Part shown: piece after piece, positions 41,969 to 55,350 of the stretch | How positions within the stretch are numbered: position 1 is the stretch's first letter | How the letters are laid out: every line of letters begins with the position of its first letter | Source of the DNA: Octopus vulgaris | Taxonomy: Eukaryota | DNA length: 64,000 nucleotides | Direction of reading: 5' to 3' | Assembly (NCBI GenBank): GCA_951406725.2 | Contig: OX597823.1 | Coordinates: 65,782,001-65,846,000 of the forward strand | The notes under the pieces: generated by a model | The model's input: the letters and a program-made list of their open reading frames with translations, nothing else | What the model was told of the DNA's origin: nothing | The model's database searches: none | Position numbers and translations under genes: made by a program

Positions 41969-42648
41969 ATATATGGAAATAAAAGTCATGGTAGAAAACG
42001 CTAAAATAATTTTATAAAAAATCATAATTTCAGTACTGGTTTCAGACATTTTCAACTGTAAGTATGGACAAATTTTAATTTTTGGAAAAAATAAAAGAAA
42101 GGATTTTGTAAAAGAATATTTGCATAGTATTCAAATACAAGTGGCATTTTCGTTGTTTCTGCCTATCTCTGTTTCTCTTGTTTACTCTTGTGGGTTCGAG
42201 GTCATTGTGAATTCTTGACAGAGGAGGAGGAGGAGGAGGAGGAGAAGAAGAAGAAGAAGAAGAAGAAGGTGGAGGTAGGAGGAAGAGGAGGAGGAGGAGG
42301 AGGAGAAGAAGAAGTAGAAGAAGAAGAAGAAGAAGAAGAAGAAGAAGAAGAAGAAGAAGAAGAAGAAGAAGAAGAAGAAGAAGAAGAAGAAGAAGAAGAA
42401 GAAGAAGAAGAAGAAGAAGAAGAAGAAGAATGCGGGAGTGCCATGATAGTAGTAGGATGTTAATTGGTCAAGTGCTCTGAAGGTGGTTTTGCAATTTTTT
42501 TTTTCTTTTAAATTTTCTTATAATTTTTCCAAAATTTAATTATTTTCCATACTTACAGTTGAAAGAGTCTCAATGACTGAAACTGCTACTGAAATGTTTT
42601 CTACAAAATTATTTTAGCATTTTCTACCTTGACTATTTCCCCATATAT
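41969..42648. mobile_element. Degenerate inverted repeat (~130-bp arms) around a (GAA)n tract, with HHR-like motif
   Basis: About 41969-42100 versus 42514-42648 (e.g. TTTCAACTGTAAGTATGGA / TCCATACTTACAGTTGAAA); 42556-42591 reads cag UUGAAAG aguc-ucaau-gacu GAAAC ugc UA cug. Confidence 0.65.
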
Positions 42649-42688
42649 ATCAACACGTGTGTTCCTCTTCGACCTTCTCTCTCTATCT

Positions 42689-42737
<49 letters not shown>

Positions 42738-44136
42738 TGTTTATAGCCATAGGTAATTATACACTAAAAGGAAAACCACAATATTGTCTTGCTCGCTTTC
42801 ATTCATCGTGCTATGTATCAGAACGTATTTTCCGTGGTTTGAATATCCGACAACTTCTTTCAGCAAGCAACGAAGCCGCTTCCTGGTTTTCTTCTTAGTG
42901 TATAATTATCTACGGTTATGCATTCGTGTATATATATATATATATATGATTTACAGTCTACGGACAATATTTTATGCATGCTGGTCACTGGTTTCAATTA
43001 TTATATTTAATAATGTTTACCCTTAATATGCTTATGCATATATAATATTTCAAGGGTGATTACAATATGTGAATATGTTTTATTTTGATTTATGAAGAAA
43101 TGTGTCTTAGTTGTTGTTTTGTGGTTTCAAATTCGCAATTACGTGCAGCTCAGTGGGATGCATAGAATATTAATGTCTCCAAAATTGTGAATGACTTTAG
43201 TCGGACAATAACAGTGCTCAATTGTATCAAATAGATTGTACATTAGTATTCAAAATATACACATTCTTAATGTGTTTACATACTTCAGAAAATCTGGAGA
43301 TGTTTTCGGCGCTGATACACGTCGTTTTCCCTCTTCAATAAAAGGATTATCGACCTTAGTACATGAAGAACGAAGTTCTAGAAACTTTTGATCGTTACAA
43401 GTCGATTTTCAGAGATATTATAATCTCACTGAAATGAATAATTGCGTTCGCGAAAATTGGTTTAAACTGCTGTATTTCAAATATCATAATTATTATTTCT
43501 TCATCTTGAATGGAAAAGAGACACGGTCAGCATTTAGGTGATAATAAATATACATTCAGAATAAAAATAGTGGTGAATCTTCGGTTTTGTTAAAATTTTT
43601 AGCTCTTTCAGATTTGAAAGGGCGACGCCTCATGCGTTTTCAATGCATCTACGAATGTGAGAGAAATGGTAAAGCTATTTCCAAAACGTACCCGTTACAA
43701 GAAATAATATTTAGTTCGTAATACGTATAAATCAGATGCCAGTGATAAATATACCGTACTGGTGTTATGTCTACTGTGATCACATTAACTTGACACATAT
43801 TGTATACTTACACAGCACATATAGTAATTATGTTTCATGAATATGCTAATGGTAGTCTCTTGTAGTCAGAAACAACCAGTCTAACAAATTCTTGCAGAAC
43901 AAACTGTGAAGATGAGCTACTTATGTTGATCAAAAAGATTTTGCTGTACATTACATTACTCCCTCTATCGAATCGACGTTGCCTGGAAGGTGTCGAAGTG
44001 ATCGCAAAGTAATTTGAAATGAAGTGTTGTGCTCAAGAACATAGCCCGCTACAATAATTGAAATCACTATCGCAAGATCGTGAGTGCAACACTCTTACGA
44101 CATGGCTATGTCTGTCTATTTATCTATCTATCTATC

Positions 44137-44167
<31 letters not shown>

Positions 44168-44192
44168 CTATATATATATATATATATATATA

Positions 44193-44241
<49 letters not shown>

Positions 44242-44314
44242 GTCTGTCTGTCTGTCTGTCTGTCTATTTGTCTCTCTTTCCGTCTGTCCCTCTGCCTGTT
44301 TGTTTGTCCGTCTT

Positions 44315-44387
<73 letters not shown>

Positions 44388-44446
44388 GGGTGAGATATAG
44401 ATATCGGTATGTATATATGTGTGTTTATATATATATAAAAACACAC

Positions 44447-44505
<59 letters not shown>

Positions 44506-46675
44506 TATGTATAGGGATATATATGTAGGCGTGTGTGTGTTTGTGTGTATGTGTGTGTGTGTCTGTGTGCCAAAATGAGTGACGCAATACTAAATCAACG
44601 TTTTGGCTTCTTTCGTTGATTTTCAAGTGAAACATCTTAGACTGTTAATAACAGTCTAATATCCAAGAGCATATTCTCTTTTGCGGTGTATAAAGGACTA
44701 AATTCACCAATGTGAGATTATTTTTCTTCTATAGGACGATATCAGCGTTCTGGCTGATATTTTATGAATATCATTTTAAAAGTTTAAAATACGCTGTGTT
44801 TATTATTTAATTTAGAATTGATGAGCGTATGGAAATTGCAAAAGGATTGAAATAATACCGGAAAAATTTTACATGCTATTCTGAAATTCGAATTTTCAGA
44901 TTCTAATTACAGAATCATAAGCATTACACCAAGAGACCATTTCTACATGCTGTATAAATACGAAAATATTTCTTATTGCTACTTAAGAATATTTCATTGT
45001 TTAGCATGTTTTTAAAAATTCCCCTTTGAAATAATTGTCGAATGAAATCAAATCTCAAAGTGTAAATGATAATGTGTTGAAGAAAAGTCATCATAAATTC
45101 AATGATAAATATTGATTTTAATCAATGCGGCAAGCTCGAGTGACAATAAGAGATATCATTCGATGTAAGAAATATTGTGTGTGAAGAACAGAAACACATA
45201 GAACATGTACAGAATTTTTAAATCTGTAGGTGTGAAAACTTGTCATAATTTCGTTGAGAAATCATATTTATATTACTCAAGGATGTCGTTCGCGTAAAGC
45301 CTTTCTCAGGAGGACTAATAGAAATGGAACATAAAATGGTTTGTACTGCCGTACTTCAGGACACTTTGAACATAGTGTCAGTGTTTGTGACGATGATGTG
45401 TTTCGCCACACAGCATACATTAATTAGTTTACTTTATGTTTGTTTTGTAAACTAGAGTACAGCAACTGTTAATACTGGTTTAATCACGGATGTCCGTACA
45501 GATCGTTTATCGAAATAATTAAAATTTCACTGATTTTATGTTTATATCGAAGAAGAAATCAATGAGTCAGCACACAAATTTTGCATCAATTTTGTTAGCT
45601 ATATTTTAGCTATACAGAACCAAGTTAAAATCATAACAAATTTAAAAACCACGTTTTGCACCAAGCTGATACTTAGGTATATAAAGTGGTTTCTAACGTA
45701 ATTATGTGATCACAAAAAAATGTACCCCCTTCACTTAAATGGATAATAATTGATCTGTCTGCTCGGGAAATTAAATTGCTCGAATCTACCTTCTTATATA
45801 ATAGGAAACGTTTCTCGTAAGTATGCTTTCAAAGATGAACAATATTGGAGACAGTTTGGCTCCATAAGCAATTATAACAACTGAAGTTTTCAATACAATC
45901 TTCCACTCGTTACTGTTTGTAAAAAAATGCGATGTATTCAATGATAAGCGCAAGAATTCACAAGAAGATAAACAAAAGTAGGTTTAATGCATATATTTTT
46001 ATAGAGTACACAACAGTTTGGAATGAAGTAAACAAAATGACTTATGTAATAGACTTTTTTTCACAGCTGTCTCGGGAGAATCATTGCTCTAACTGTAAAC
46101 ATGCGTAATAACTGCGTTAGTCTGTGTTTATCAAGGGAAGGTAATTATATAACTACTTCCGTTTACTTTCTTCCGTAGTGTGTATTTTTTAATCCATAAA
46201 GATCTACGTGTTAAACTATCTTGTGTATATATTTTCCTTTATCCCTCTATAACACTTCGATATGGAACATTCTTATAGCTAACTTGCGTATGTGTGTCTG
46301 AGAGTATATATATATATGAGGAGGTTATTTAAAGCTCTTATAGGGATATTTTTATCCAAGATACATTGGTTTGATATATTGCATTGTGAAGAGTAATTTC
46401 TTCTATATATATATATTATATAAAGTATCATAAAATATTAAATATTAAGTTTGAAAACGGAGAGATCTGATGGATACAAATTAATTTACTAATTAATTAA
46501 CATATTCGCCTACAGTTGTTTCATTTTACAACCGACATTAGAACTACAAATCATATATAAATATATAAACTTGCATTTTAAAATGCCTTGGATGGAAATC
46601 ACCAGGGTGCACAAAAGGACATTACAATGATTACATTGTGATCCATTGGTATATATTTTGATCCGTTGATATGTG

Positions 46676-46742
<67 letters not shown>

Positions 46743-46759
46743 GTGTGTGCATGTGTCTT

Positions 46760-46991
46760 TTTGTTCTTATTCGTGTTTCAGTCATCTGACTGCGGCAATG
46801 CTGAAGCACTGCCATGAAAAGTATTAGTCTCACAAATCGACCTCAGGACATATCTGAATCCTAGTACTTATTTTTATCAGCCTCTTTTGTCGAGCCATTA
46901 GGTTATGGGGATATAATCACACAAACACCGGTTGTCAAACGGTGATTGGGTCAAGAAATTGACACAAAGTCACACACATATTGATATATAC

Positions 46992-47066
<75 letters not shown>

Positions 47067-47235
47067 CACGATAGTCTCCTTTCAGTCTCCCTGTACCAAA
47101 TCCACTCACAAGGTTTATTCGGCTGGTGGCTATAGTAGTAGACACAAGCCGAAGCTGCCACGCAGTGGATCTGAACCCGGAACCGAACCATTTTTTGGGA
47201 AGCAACCTTCTTAGCACACAGCCTCGCCTTCGCCT
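46760..47235 (-). mobile_element. SINE family 1, full length with internal (TA)n
   Basis: Reverse complement of both head and tail of 18379-18748. Confidence 0.8.
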
Positions 47236-47237
47236 AT

Positions 47238-47316
<79 letters not shown>

Positions 47317-48159
47317 CATACCTACATGCATACATACATACATACATACATACATACATACATACATACATACATACATACATACATACATACATACATA
47401 CATACATACATGCATACATACATACGTACGTATGTATGTATATTTGGTTGGTGCGAAAAAGGTACTTTTTACACATAGCTTCTAACTATGTTTGTTTAGA
47501 AAAAAGTCTTCATTGTATCATCCTTTTAAAACAACTGTGTTGAAATCTAAAGTTCCCAAATTTAGATCTTCAGGCTCCGCAGCTCACTTACAATTTTGAA
47601 TAATGAGTGAAAAATCAATTTGTTACACATTTGCCGTCCTTCATTTTGATTTTTACGTTCATTGTCACGAATAAATTTCGTTTTGGGAAAGTCTTTAAAA
47701 ACATGAGTGTTAAAATGTCAAACTCTAAAATGTATATCTTTAGGCTCAGCAACGCACTTGAAATTTCGAAGTTATGTGAAATAGATAGAGTTTTCGACTT
47801 TGTTCTCCTTATTATTTTTAATAGTAGGTCACCGAATATATGTGTTACACGTGTAAGCCAATTTTTGATTCTTGACATATTTTTGTTTTAAAAATAATAA
47901 ACATTTCCAATCTATTCGACATCATTCCATGTAACTAAAGAATACGAATCGTTGTAGTTCATTCCTTTTTTATTCCAGTAATAGAACCAAATAATTATTT
48001 TCGTAGAAGAGAGTTAGCATCTCTCTCTCTCTCTCTCTCTCAAATAAAGAATGGAACAGTCGAAGATTTGTTGTTTTTGGAAATACCTAAAACGATACAA
48101 TGTTTGTTATGTTGAAAATAGCTAAAAACTAAACAATTCTGATTATTGCTGCATTAACT

Positions 48160-49821
48160 TTCAATTTGAAGTCCGTTTTTGTCTCGAACACCGGCATTTT
48201 TTTCTCCTGTTTCGATTCGACTCCTAATGAAACCGTCTCGCCTGTTCTCGCCACAAACATTAGATGATGCTTCTGTCGTCACGAATTTTACACATCTCTC
48301 CACAGCTTAGGTGTGGCAGGGTAATTTTCCCAGTTGCATGTAATGCTGCTGTTGAATAAAGGTATCGATTTCTTCGACGGAAACTGCCTGTGTTAGGGGT
48401 GGTTCAGTAACAATAGTATCCTGTCAGTTGATTATGTCCATGTAGTTTGAGACAGCAAAATTTAGGGTAGGAATTTTGAAAGGTCGCACAGATTTCCCTT
48501 TATACTGTATTCGAACCTACATTATTCGTCTTCATGCTAGTTCTCGAATGTGGCCCCTTTTATCGTTTATCATGGCCAGTAAAATATTTTCTGGTTGCGC
48601 AAAGAAAGCATTCCATTGTATAATTGAAAATGCAATGTCTTCAAACGCTTAATGTATTGTCTTGAACATACTTAGAGCCCCATTTTCTGAGGAAAAGTTG
48701 CCTTTAATTGTGAACCACATTGGCACATAAACTTTCATTATGTAAGCGAAAATTAATTTCATCGTGTTAGAAGGATTTTCGGTGGCAAATTACAGCCAAA
48801 GCATACGATTTGCAGCTATAAGCCATCGTGAATGCGCCATTTTAACGTGATTCCTTAATGCCATTTCAGATGAACATTTCCCTTCAAAAATAGACTGGTG
48901 GATATCAAGAAGGTATTTTTGTTCAGAGCTGAGATCGTTTCTGTCTAATGATCGTAAGTCCGTTGGAATCGGACTAAATTTCACAACACTTAGTGTTTCG
49001 CATCGATCCCGTCTCTTTCCAATCGGCCCAAGAAATCCACGACGCCCAGTAGTTTTTCCGTCGAGATCGTTAATAAGATGGCGTAAATGAAGCTCATTTG
49101 CGCGGAGTTGACACGATAACCAATGGCTTCTTCAATTTATCCTCCAAAAGTCTAATGGCGCCTCTTGTTGGCCCTGTATTGATTGCTGTACCAGTGAAAA
49201 ATGGAACTGGAAAATCTTCATCTTCGCCTGCTGATCTATATCCAGATTCACTGCTTGATGAAAACACTATCAATTCAGAATCCTTTGCTGACGTAGAATG
49301 GCCACTGTGATCTGGCCGATTCTTTCTAATCAATCTCTGGACATTGTTCGATTTGTCCGTTGTTCCTGTAAAAACTCTTTTCTCTGTGGTACTTTTTGGT
49401 CTCTACTACAACTGCAGATTTTAAAAGAGTTGCACTTGCAACAGGAAATGTCAAATAAATCTTTTGTTGCATCGCTTTTAAACACTTTCCAGATTGTTTG
49501 AAACGATAGCAGATTTTTTCTATTTTTCCGATTTTAGTAGTGCTTAGTACTTTAGATAAACGTTTAAGATTTTCGGTTTAACTGACTCAATCGTAACACA
49601 AGGGATGGATGCCTTTTGGCAAAGAAGAATTATCTTTTCTGCTACTATCTTGATAAATTGTTTAATTGAAGGATCTTAACTACATACTTTTCGTTTTCTC
49701 TTTGAAATAAAGCACATTTTAGTACACCCTTGTAAGTTTGCAAAACTTGTTCGCGAAGATCTCACGGAGTACCAAATATTGGGAATTCAATATCATGATG
49801 TGTTATTGACTTATGAGTCAT
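48160..49821 (-). pseudogene. Disrupted DDE transposase
   Basis: Minus-strand motifs GTAINTG...GAIRLLEDKLKKP, CQLRANE (CxxH position), DLSSEQKYL, HSRWLIAANR (RW motif), KVYVPMWF, NAFFAQPENILLAM, PCHT*AVERCVK (catalytic E). Confidence 0.85.
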
Positions 49822-50062
49822 CACGAAATGTAAACAACAGTAAATTCAACACGACCACAAGATCATTAATTTTAATACAATGGCCTAAAACAAGGTAAAA
49901 AGCAGAAAACTTCACACACGTACAACGTACACACAACGACCGCTGCAGTGGCAGTGGAGAGACGTTCATACTCTCGTTCTATTCATAGTCATTGCGGAAC
50001 CTCAAAGTATTATTTGTCAATTGTATTGAAACTTGGTATGAAACTTCGTAACAAACTTGTTT

Positions 50063-50100
50063 ATACTTCTCGGCCTTTTGGCTAAGATCAAAGTGTAGTA
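50063..50100 (+). pseudogene. U2: 3'-truncated U2 snRNA copy (first ~38 nt)
   Basis: ATACTTCTCGGCCTTTTGGCTAAGATCAAAGTGTAGTA matches the U2 5' end, including stem-loop I and the branch-point recognition sequence GTAGTA; similarity stops there, with no Sm site. Confidence 0.9.
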
Positions 50101-51251
50101 CTGTGTTGCATCCTGCTATCTAGAAATACGTATTTGTCACGACTTATAATCCATAATATCCAAACTTTGACCCCCAAAAGGTATTTCTAAAATGTTCAAT
50201 TGTGCTGCGGTGCCTGAACACTATTTAACTGCAATGTTCTTTATACATCTTTCTTTTAACTCTAACTTCCAACAAAATATCGATTCTTTGTTATCAATTT
50301 CGAAAGTTGCGTTTTTCACCCCATGTACATATTTACTTTAATATTGTAACTTTTTCAAACATAGTCTTGCCTATCACATTTTAGCCTCGTGTAATATATA
50401 TATACATATATTTTTTCGTTTGCAATATTAATATGTAAATGTAAAACTCTCTATGTTTTTTTTCTACTAGTTCATCTGTTACGTTATATTCTACTATACA
50501 CACCTGGCCTTCTTTATTATACTTTGTCTTGACCTGTTACCATTTTTTAAAACACACCCGTCAGCTTTTCATTCTTACTTTTATGTTATAATTTACCGCA
50601 CATATAGACCTGCATACACAATATGTCTGTCTTTTTTTCCAGTTTCGTCTCCATTAATATTATTATTAGTTATTTTTCCTCTTTTAAAACGTGCTTGCAA
50701 ATATCCGATTTTTTCCCTATTACCCCACTTGTATTCTCCCTTACTGCATCTTATTTTCATTTACTTTATTTTATTAAATATTTTATTAAATATTTTTTTT
50801 ACAAAAATTCTTCACACAGATGAAAATGACAATGCATAAATTTAATTATAATTACTATGGTTATAATTTTTTCACTACACACCTTCCTTTCAAGCACTGA
50901 TGTAAGTAGCGGAAGTGAATTAGAGCAGTAAAACTTAAAGCACATACACAGCGGAATTTAAGTTCAATCTGTCCCAAGGGGCAGTACTCTGGTTATAATT
51001 TTTTTGAAACGCGCTTATTTTGTATTAAAGCTAATTTTGATTCAACATCTTTTTCTCCTCCATTTTTCTACAATTGTTTATGGTATTTTTATGCCTATAA
51101 CGATATTTTTCAACAACTATTTTCATATTCTTATTAATTGTTCTGGCTGTTTTTTTTATGAATAAGATGTATCTTTATTAGAAATCATTCTTTCTCTCTT
51201 TTTCGACCTCTCAAAAATGTTTGAATTGCTCTCTTTTGAACTTATTTTTCC

Positions 51252-51283
<32 letters not shown>

Positions 51284-51376
51284 GGGTATGTATGTATATA
51301 TATAAATACACACACACACAGACACACACCCACGCACACGCACACAACGCACACATACATATATATATACATATAT

Positions 51377-51516
51377 GAGTGGCTGTGTAGTAAGAAGCTT
51401 GTTTCCCAACCACATGGATTCATCCCAGTGCGTGGCACCTTGGTCAAGTGTCTTCTACTATAACCTCGGGTCTTGTGAGTGGATTTGGTAGATGGAAACT
51501 CAAGGAAGCCTGTCGT
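51377..51516 (+). mobile_element. SINE family 1 head
   Basis: Aligns with 18379-18535. Confidence 0.85.
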
Positions 51517-51982
51517 GTGTGTGTATATATGTATGGGTGTGTATACATATATATTGTAGAACAAGTAGAAAGATATATTTTTCAATTCGTAAATGCTGAT
51601 AGAGACTAGTGGATCAAACTCACACCCAACTAATTTCTGATCAGAGAGTTCTACCCTTAAGCTAACCTGCCCTCCGACAAATTTTTGTTTTGCAATTTTA
51701 GAATTTATAAATCATCCAGAAACGCTAGATGGTATATAGATTAGTCATATGTAAACAAACATAAGTTTGGTTTTGAAGTGGTGAAATATATTGTAGTACA
51801 TTTAGAAAGATATATTTTTCAATGCGTAAATACTGACAGAACTTTTCTGCTCTGAAAGGAAACTTATCCTACATATGGTGTTCTATAAGTATTTATGCAT
51901 TGAAAATTTACATCTTTCTACGTGTTCTACGATACATTTCAATGCGCTTCAAAAAGAAACTTATGTTTGTTTACATATGATG

Positions 51983-52028
<46 letters not shown>

Positions 52029-53577
52029 CAGACCACCCGTGACATTTTGGGTCATCCAAAAACTGAGTTTCCTAGCAATGTAGTTGTGTTTCATGGATTT
52101 TTTGCTTACCAGGTTATTTCGCGTGCTTTTAACGAATGTGAAACTGACATCACGCGTAAACGGCTCCCTTCCACAGAAAAAGACAGATTTGGCTGCTATT
52201 TTTTGCACGCCTCCAATCACGCAACAGGTATTTCGAGTCCTTTATCGCTAATAGCAGTTACGTGGTAGCAGGACGTGCTAGAAATAGCAGCCAAATCTTT
52301 GGAGGTGAGATATGTTGAATGCACTCGAAAAATGGGTCTTCTATGAAATATTTACCGTATTTTTAAAGTCATTTTCACTTTAGAATATTTTTTACATACG
52401 CCAAAATGTTATTTTTTGTAATGGCATTCACTTGAAAATAATTTTACAAAACATTTAAATATTGACTTTTTAAAGAAAACTAAAATATACATACTTACTG
52501 TTCAAACAAATAACGTTTTTGAAATCACATTAACTTAAAAGTATTTCTAAATGTTTAAACTATTGTTTTAAACAAAAGCGAAAATAGAAACATTTACTGT
52601 AAAAAAAATCGTATGTCTTCGTTGTCAACTCACTGTGTCTAATCGAAAGATAAGAGCTTCTCCCCTTTCAGGATGAAGATTATTTTCGGAACATTTTCCC
52701 ATTATGCGCAGTTTTAGGTATTTATCCCGCAAAAGCTCTAATATCTCGAAAACCACTTTACCGATTTACGCGAAACTTGGGTCTTTTAATTTTATCACCA
52801 GTCAGTATTCCGTCCAAATAAAGGCTCATTCGTGAGACGTAACAGCAATAAAGAACACACATTCAATCTCTACGCTCGATTAGCCTCATAAAGTTTGTGA
52901 GGAACCCATTGACCCAATATACTGACATTTCTGATGGCACACAGGTTTCGATGAATGGCTGAATGACCAAAGCCAAGCTTCTCTGCTACTTCTGCAACAG
53001 TTAGAACAGAATTTTGTTACACCAGGGCTTGCAGTACGTCGTCATCTAGCTCTACTGATCTTGAAGGACGAGGCTCGTCTTCTAGGCTGTAGTTTCCAGC
53101 TCGGAATTTCTAGAACATCCAATGAAAGTGGCTTACGCTATATATCCGATCCCCATATACTGCATTAATATTCTTCGTAATTTTTGGGGCATTGTTATCT
53201 GTATTGAACTGATAAAGCAAAATATGCCGAATATGCTCCTTTCTCACTTCCATTATAACTTTTAAAAATACTGCTAAAATTGAACTGCACTCTTCAAAAG
53301 TTGCACTGAGAATAAGTTTTTAGTTTTGATTACTACATGGTTTTAGAGCAAGCCGTTTCGTGTAGTTTATCTCGTTGATGTATAGCCTAACAGATTGTCT
53401 TAGTGTACGTGTCACCGATCTGAGTAGAAGAACTCCAGTCTTTTCCGACGTAATCTCTTCCTAGAATTTTTCAACGTTCATGCAATTGAAAAATCTGCAT
53501 GACGACTAAAGACTGAAGCGAGTAGAAAAGAATAAGATGCAAGCAGCATAATACATATATGATGGACATATATGCAC

Positions 53578-53885
53578 ATAAGAGGTCTGATCAATAATTA
53601 TCCAGACGTAGTAGCAAATCTAAAGCACGCAGAGTACTGCCTCTTGGCACAGATTGAACTTAAATTATGCCGTGTATGTGCCTTAAGTTTTATTGTTCTA
53701 GCTCAATTCCGCTACTTACATCATTGCTTGGAAGGAAGTGTAACCTATAATCGTGGCATCGATCATAACAGTGAATGTTGGCATGGCGATACCTACTCAG
53801 GTACACATAGTTTCAGAAAGTGCATGGAGAGGAGTGTATGGAGAGGAGTTTATGGAGAGGAGTGTATGAGACGCGTCATAGTGCT
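53578..53885 (+). mobile_element. Mariner 5' remnant
   Basis: GAGGTCTGATCAATAATTATCCAGAC TIR-like start; QKVHGEECM / VYGEECMRR resembles the mariner N-terminal HTH; a 14-bp unit ATGGAGAGGAGTGT is triplicated. Confidence 0.55.
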
Positions 53886-54059
53886 ACTAAGAACAATGAC
53901 GCTCACACACACACATACATACATACACACAAACACAGATGTATGCGATTATTAGGATACACACACATCATAGACGAACAGAATGGAATAAGCAGAGCAA
54001 GAGCATACACGAAAATGGAAAGTCTCACTAAGGATGTCACAGGTGAGTGACGAAAGATT

Positions 54060-55350
54060 TCCGGACATTGGACATGAGTTCTATCATCATCTTAGATAAT
54101 ACTTAGGCCCATATTACTAAAGAATTTGACTAGATTTCGTTTAACTTTTTGTAGTTTTTTATTAGAACTAAGGCTAACTTACTTGGTCTTACTCTGAACT
54201 TAAATACAGCCTTATGTTTCCTATGCCATAAACCTTCAACCAACCTAAACTACATCAGCATTTTTAGTAACTACCCTACCACTATAACAAAAATTTAGTT
54301 AAAAAGATATCGCTTAGGATCTCTAAATTATCTGCCAACAAAATCGTTTTCAGTAATAACATTGATTTCTATATTTCAGCTTTATAAAAAGCAGGATATA
54401 AGGAACACATTGAATACTATAATCACCTTGTCCCTAACTCTTCCCCCAACCATTTAGATGATAGTAATCACGCTATTGATCATAAAAGAAGTAATAATAA
54501 CAATAATTATACTAATAACAATAATAATAGTAATAATATTATTAATAGTAATAGACTCAATAACAACAAAAATACTCAAATTGTTCCTCCTGTAATTAAT
54601 AATCTGAATAATATCCCATTTCATCAGTATATTCATAATTCTCACCTTCATAATTTTAAAAACAGTCAAAGGTAAGTAACTATACTTCCCAATCTTTTTC
54701 CTCTCTGTTTTTTTAAAACACGAGTTTTTTAATAGTAAATCTCTCCATTAATCACGTAACCCAAATAGAAATATCTGGTTAATTTACAAATTAAAGTAAC
54801 CTCCTCCACATATTTCGTCTAGCTATCGAAAGGAACTTTCCCATTAATTCCAGCTACCACTCAATTTTTAATACTCATCGCCTCAGAATTGGCTTCTCTA
54901 ACATTAATAACATCCTGCAGAGTATAATATCATATAACAACTATATTCTCTCTTAATAACTGTAATAACATTCATAATATTTACAATAATATGAACGATA
55001 ATCTGTCCTTGAATAATAATATAATGATATTATTCAAGGCCTTGCAACTGTGACCCGAATACAACTTGCGTCATAAATGGAAATTTCTGTATTAAAAATG
55101 CCGCTTACCAATGTAAAGTTACCTCTGGATCTAAAGAATTTTTTTTAATATTAAATGTCTGGTTTTTGACAGATTCAAATACAGCTATGTTAAGTAATTA
55201 CATCTTTACTGGATACGTCGTGTAGATGACTATGACAGGTAATTTCTATAGATTGTATCCTACATTTTACCCTGGGACAACCCATCTTGCTTCAGGGCTC
55301 ATAATAACAGGAGAAATTGAAGCCATATAAGCATGCTTTAATAAGTTTTA
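54060..55350 (+). pseudogene. Old Penelope-like element: RT C-terminal (thumb) region and GIY-YIG remnant
   Basis: About 54170-54405 reads ANLLGLTLNLNT...HKPSTNLNYISIFSNYPTTI...ISLRISKLSANKIVF...AL*KAGYK; about 55040-55150 reads PCNCDPNTTCVINGNFCIKNAAYQCKV; Asn-rich linker between. Confidence 0.75.

Larger units (their letters stand above)
47446..50325 (-). mobile_element. hAT-superfamily (probably hATm-like) DNA transposon with degenerate long TIRs
   Basis: TTCAGGCTCCGCAGC at about 47570 pairs with GCTGCGGTGCCTGAA at about 50205; termini are weakly complementary; transposase remnants inside. Subfamily is from memory. Confidence 0.65.

Noticed and set aside
44640-45740. Possible TTAA-ended DNA transposon remnant
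   Set aside because: Could not find a matching opposite TIR or coding motif
50063-50100. Functional U2 snRNA gene
   Set aside because: Only the first ~38 nt are present; stem II, Sm site and 3' stems are missing
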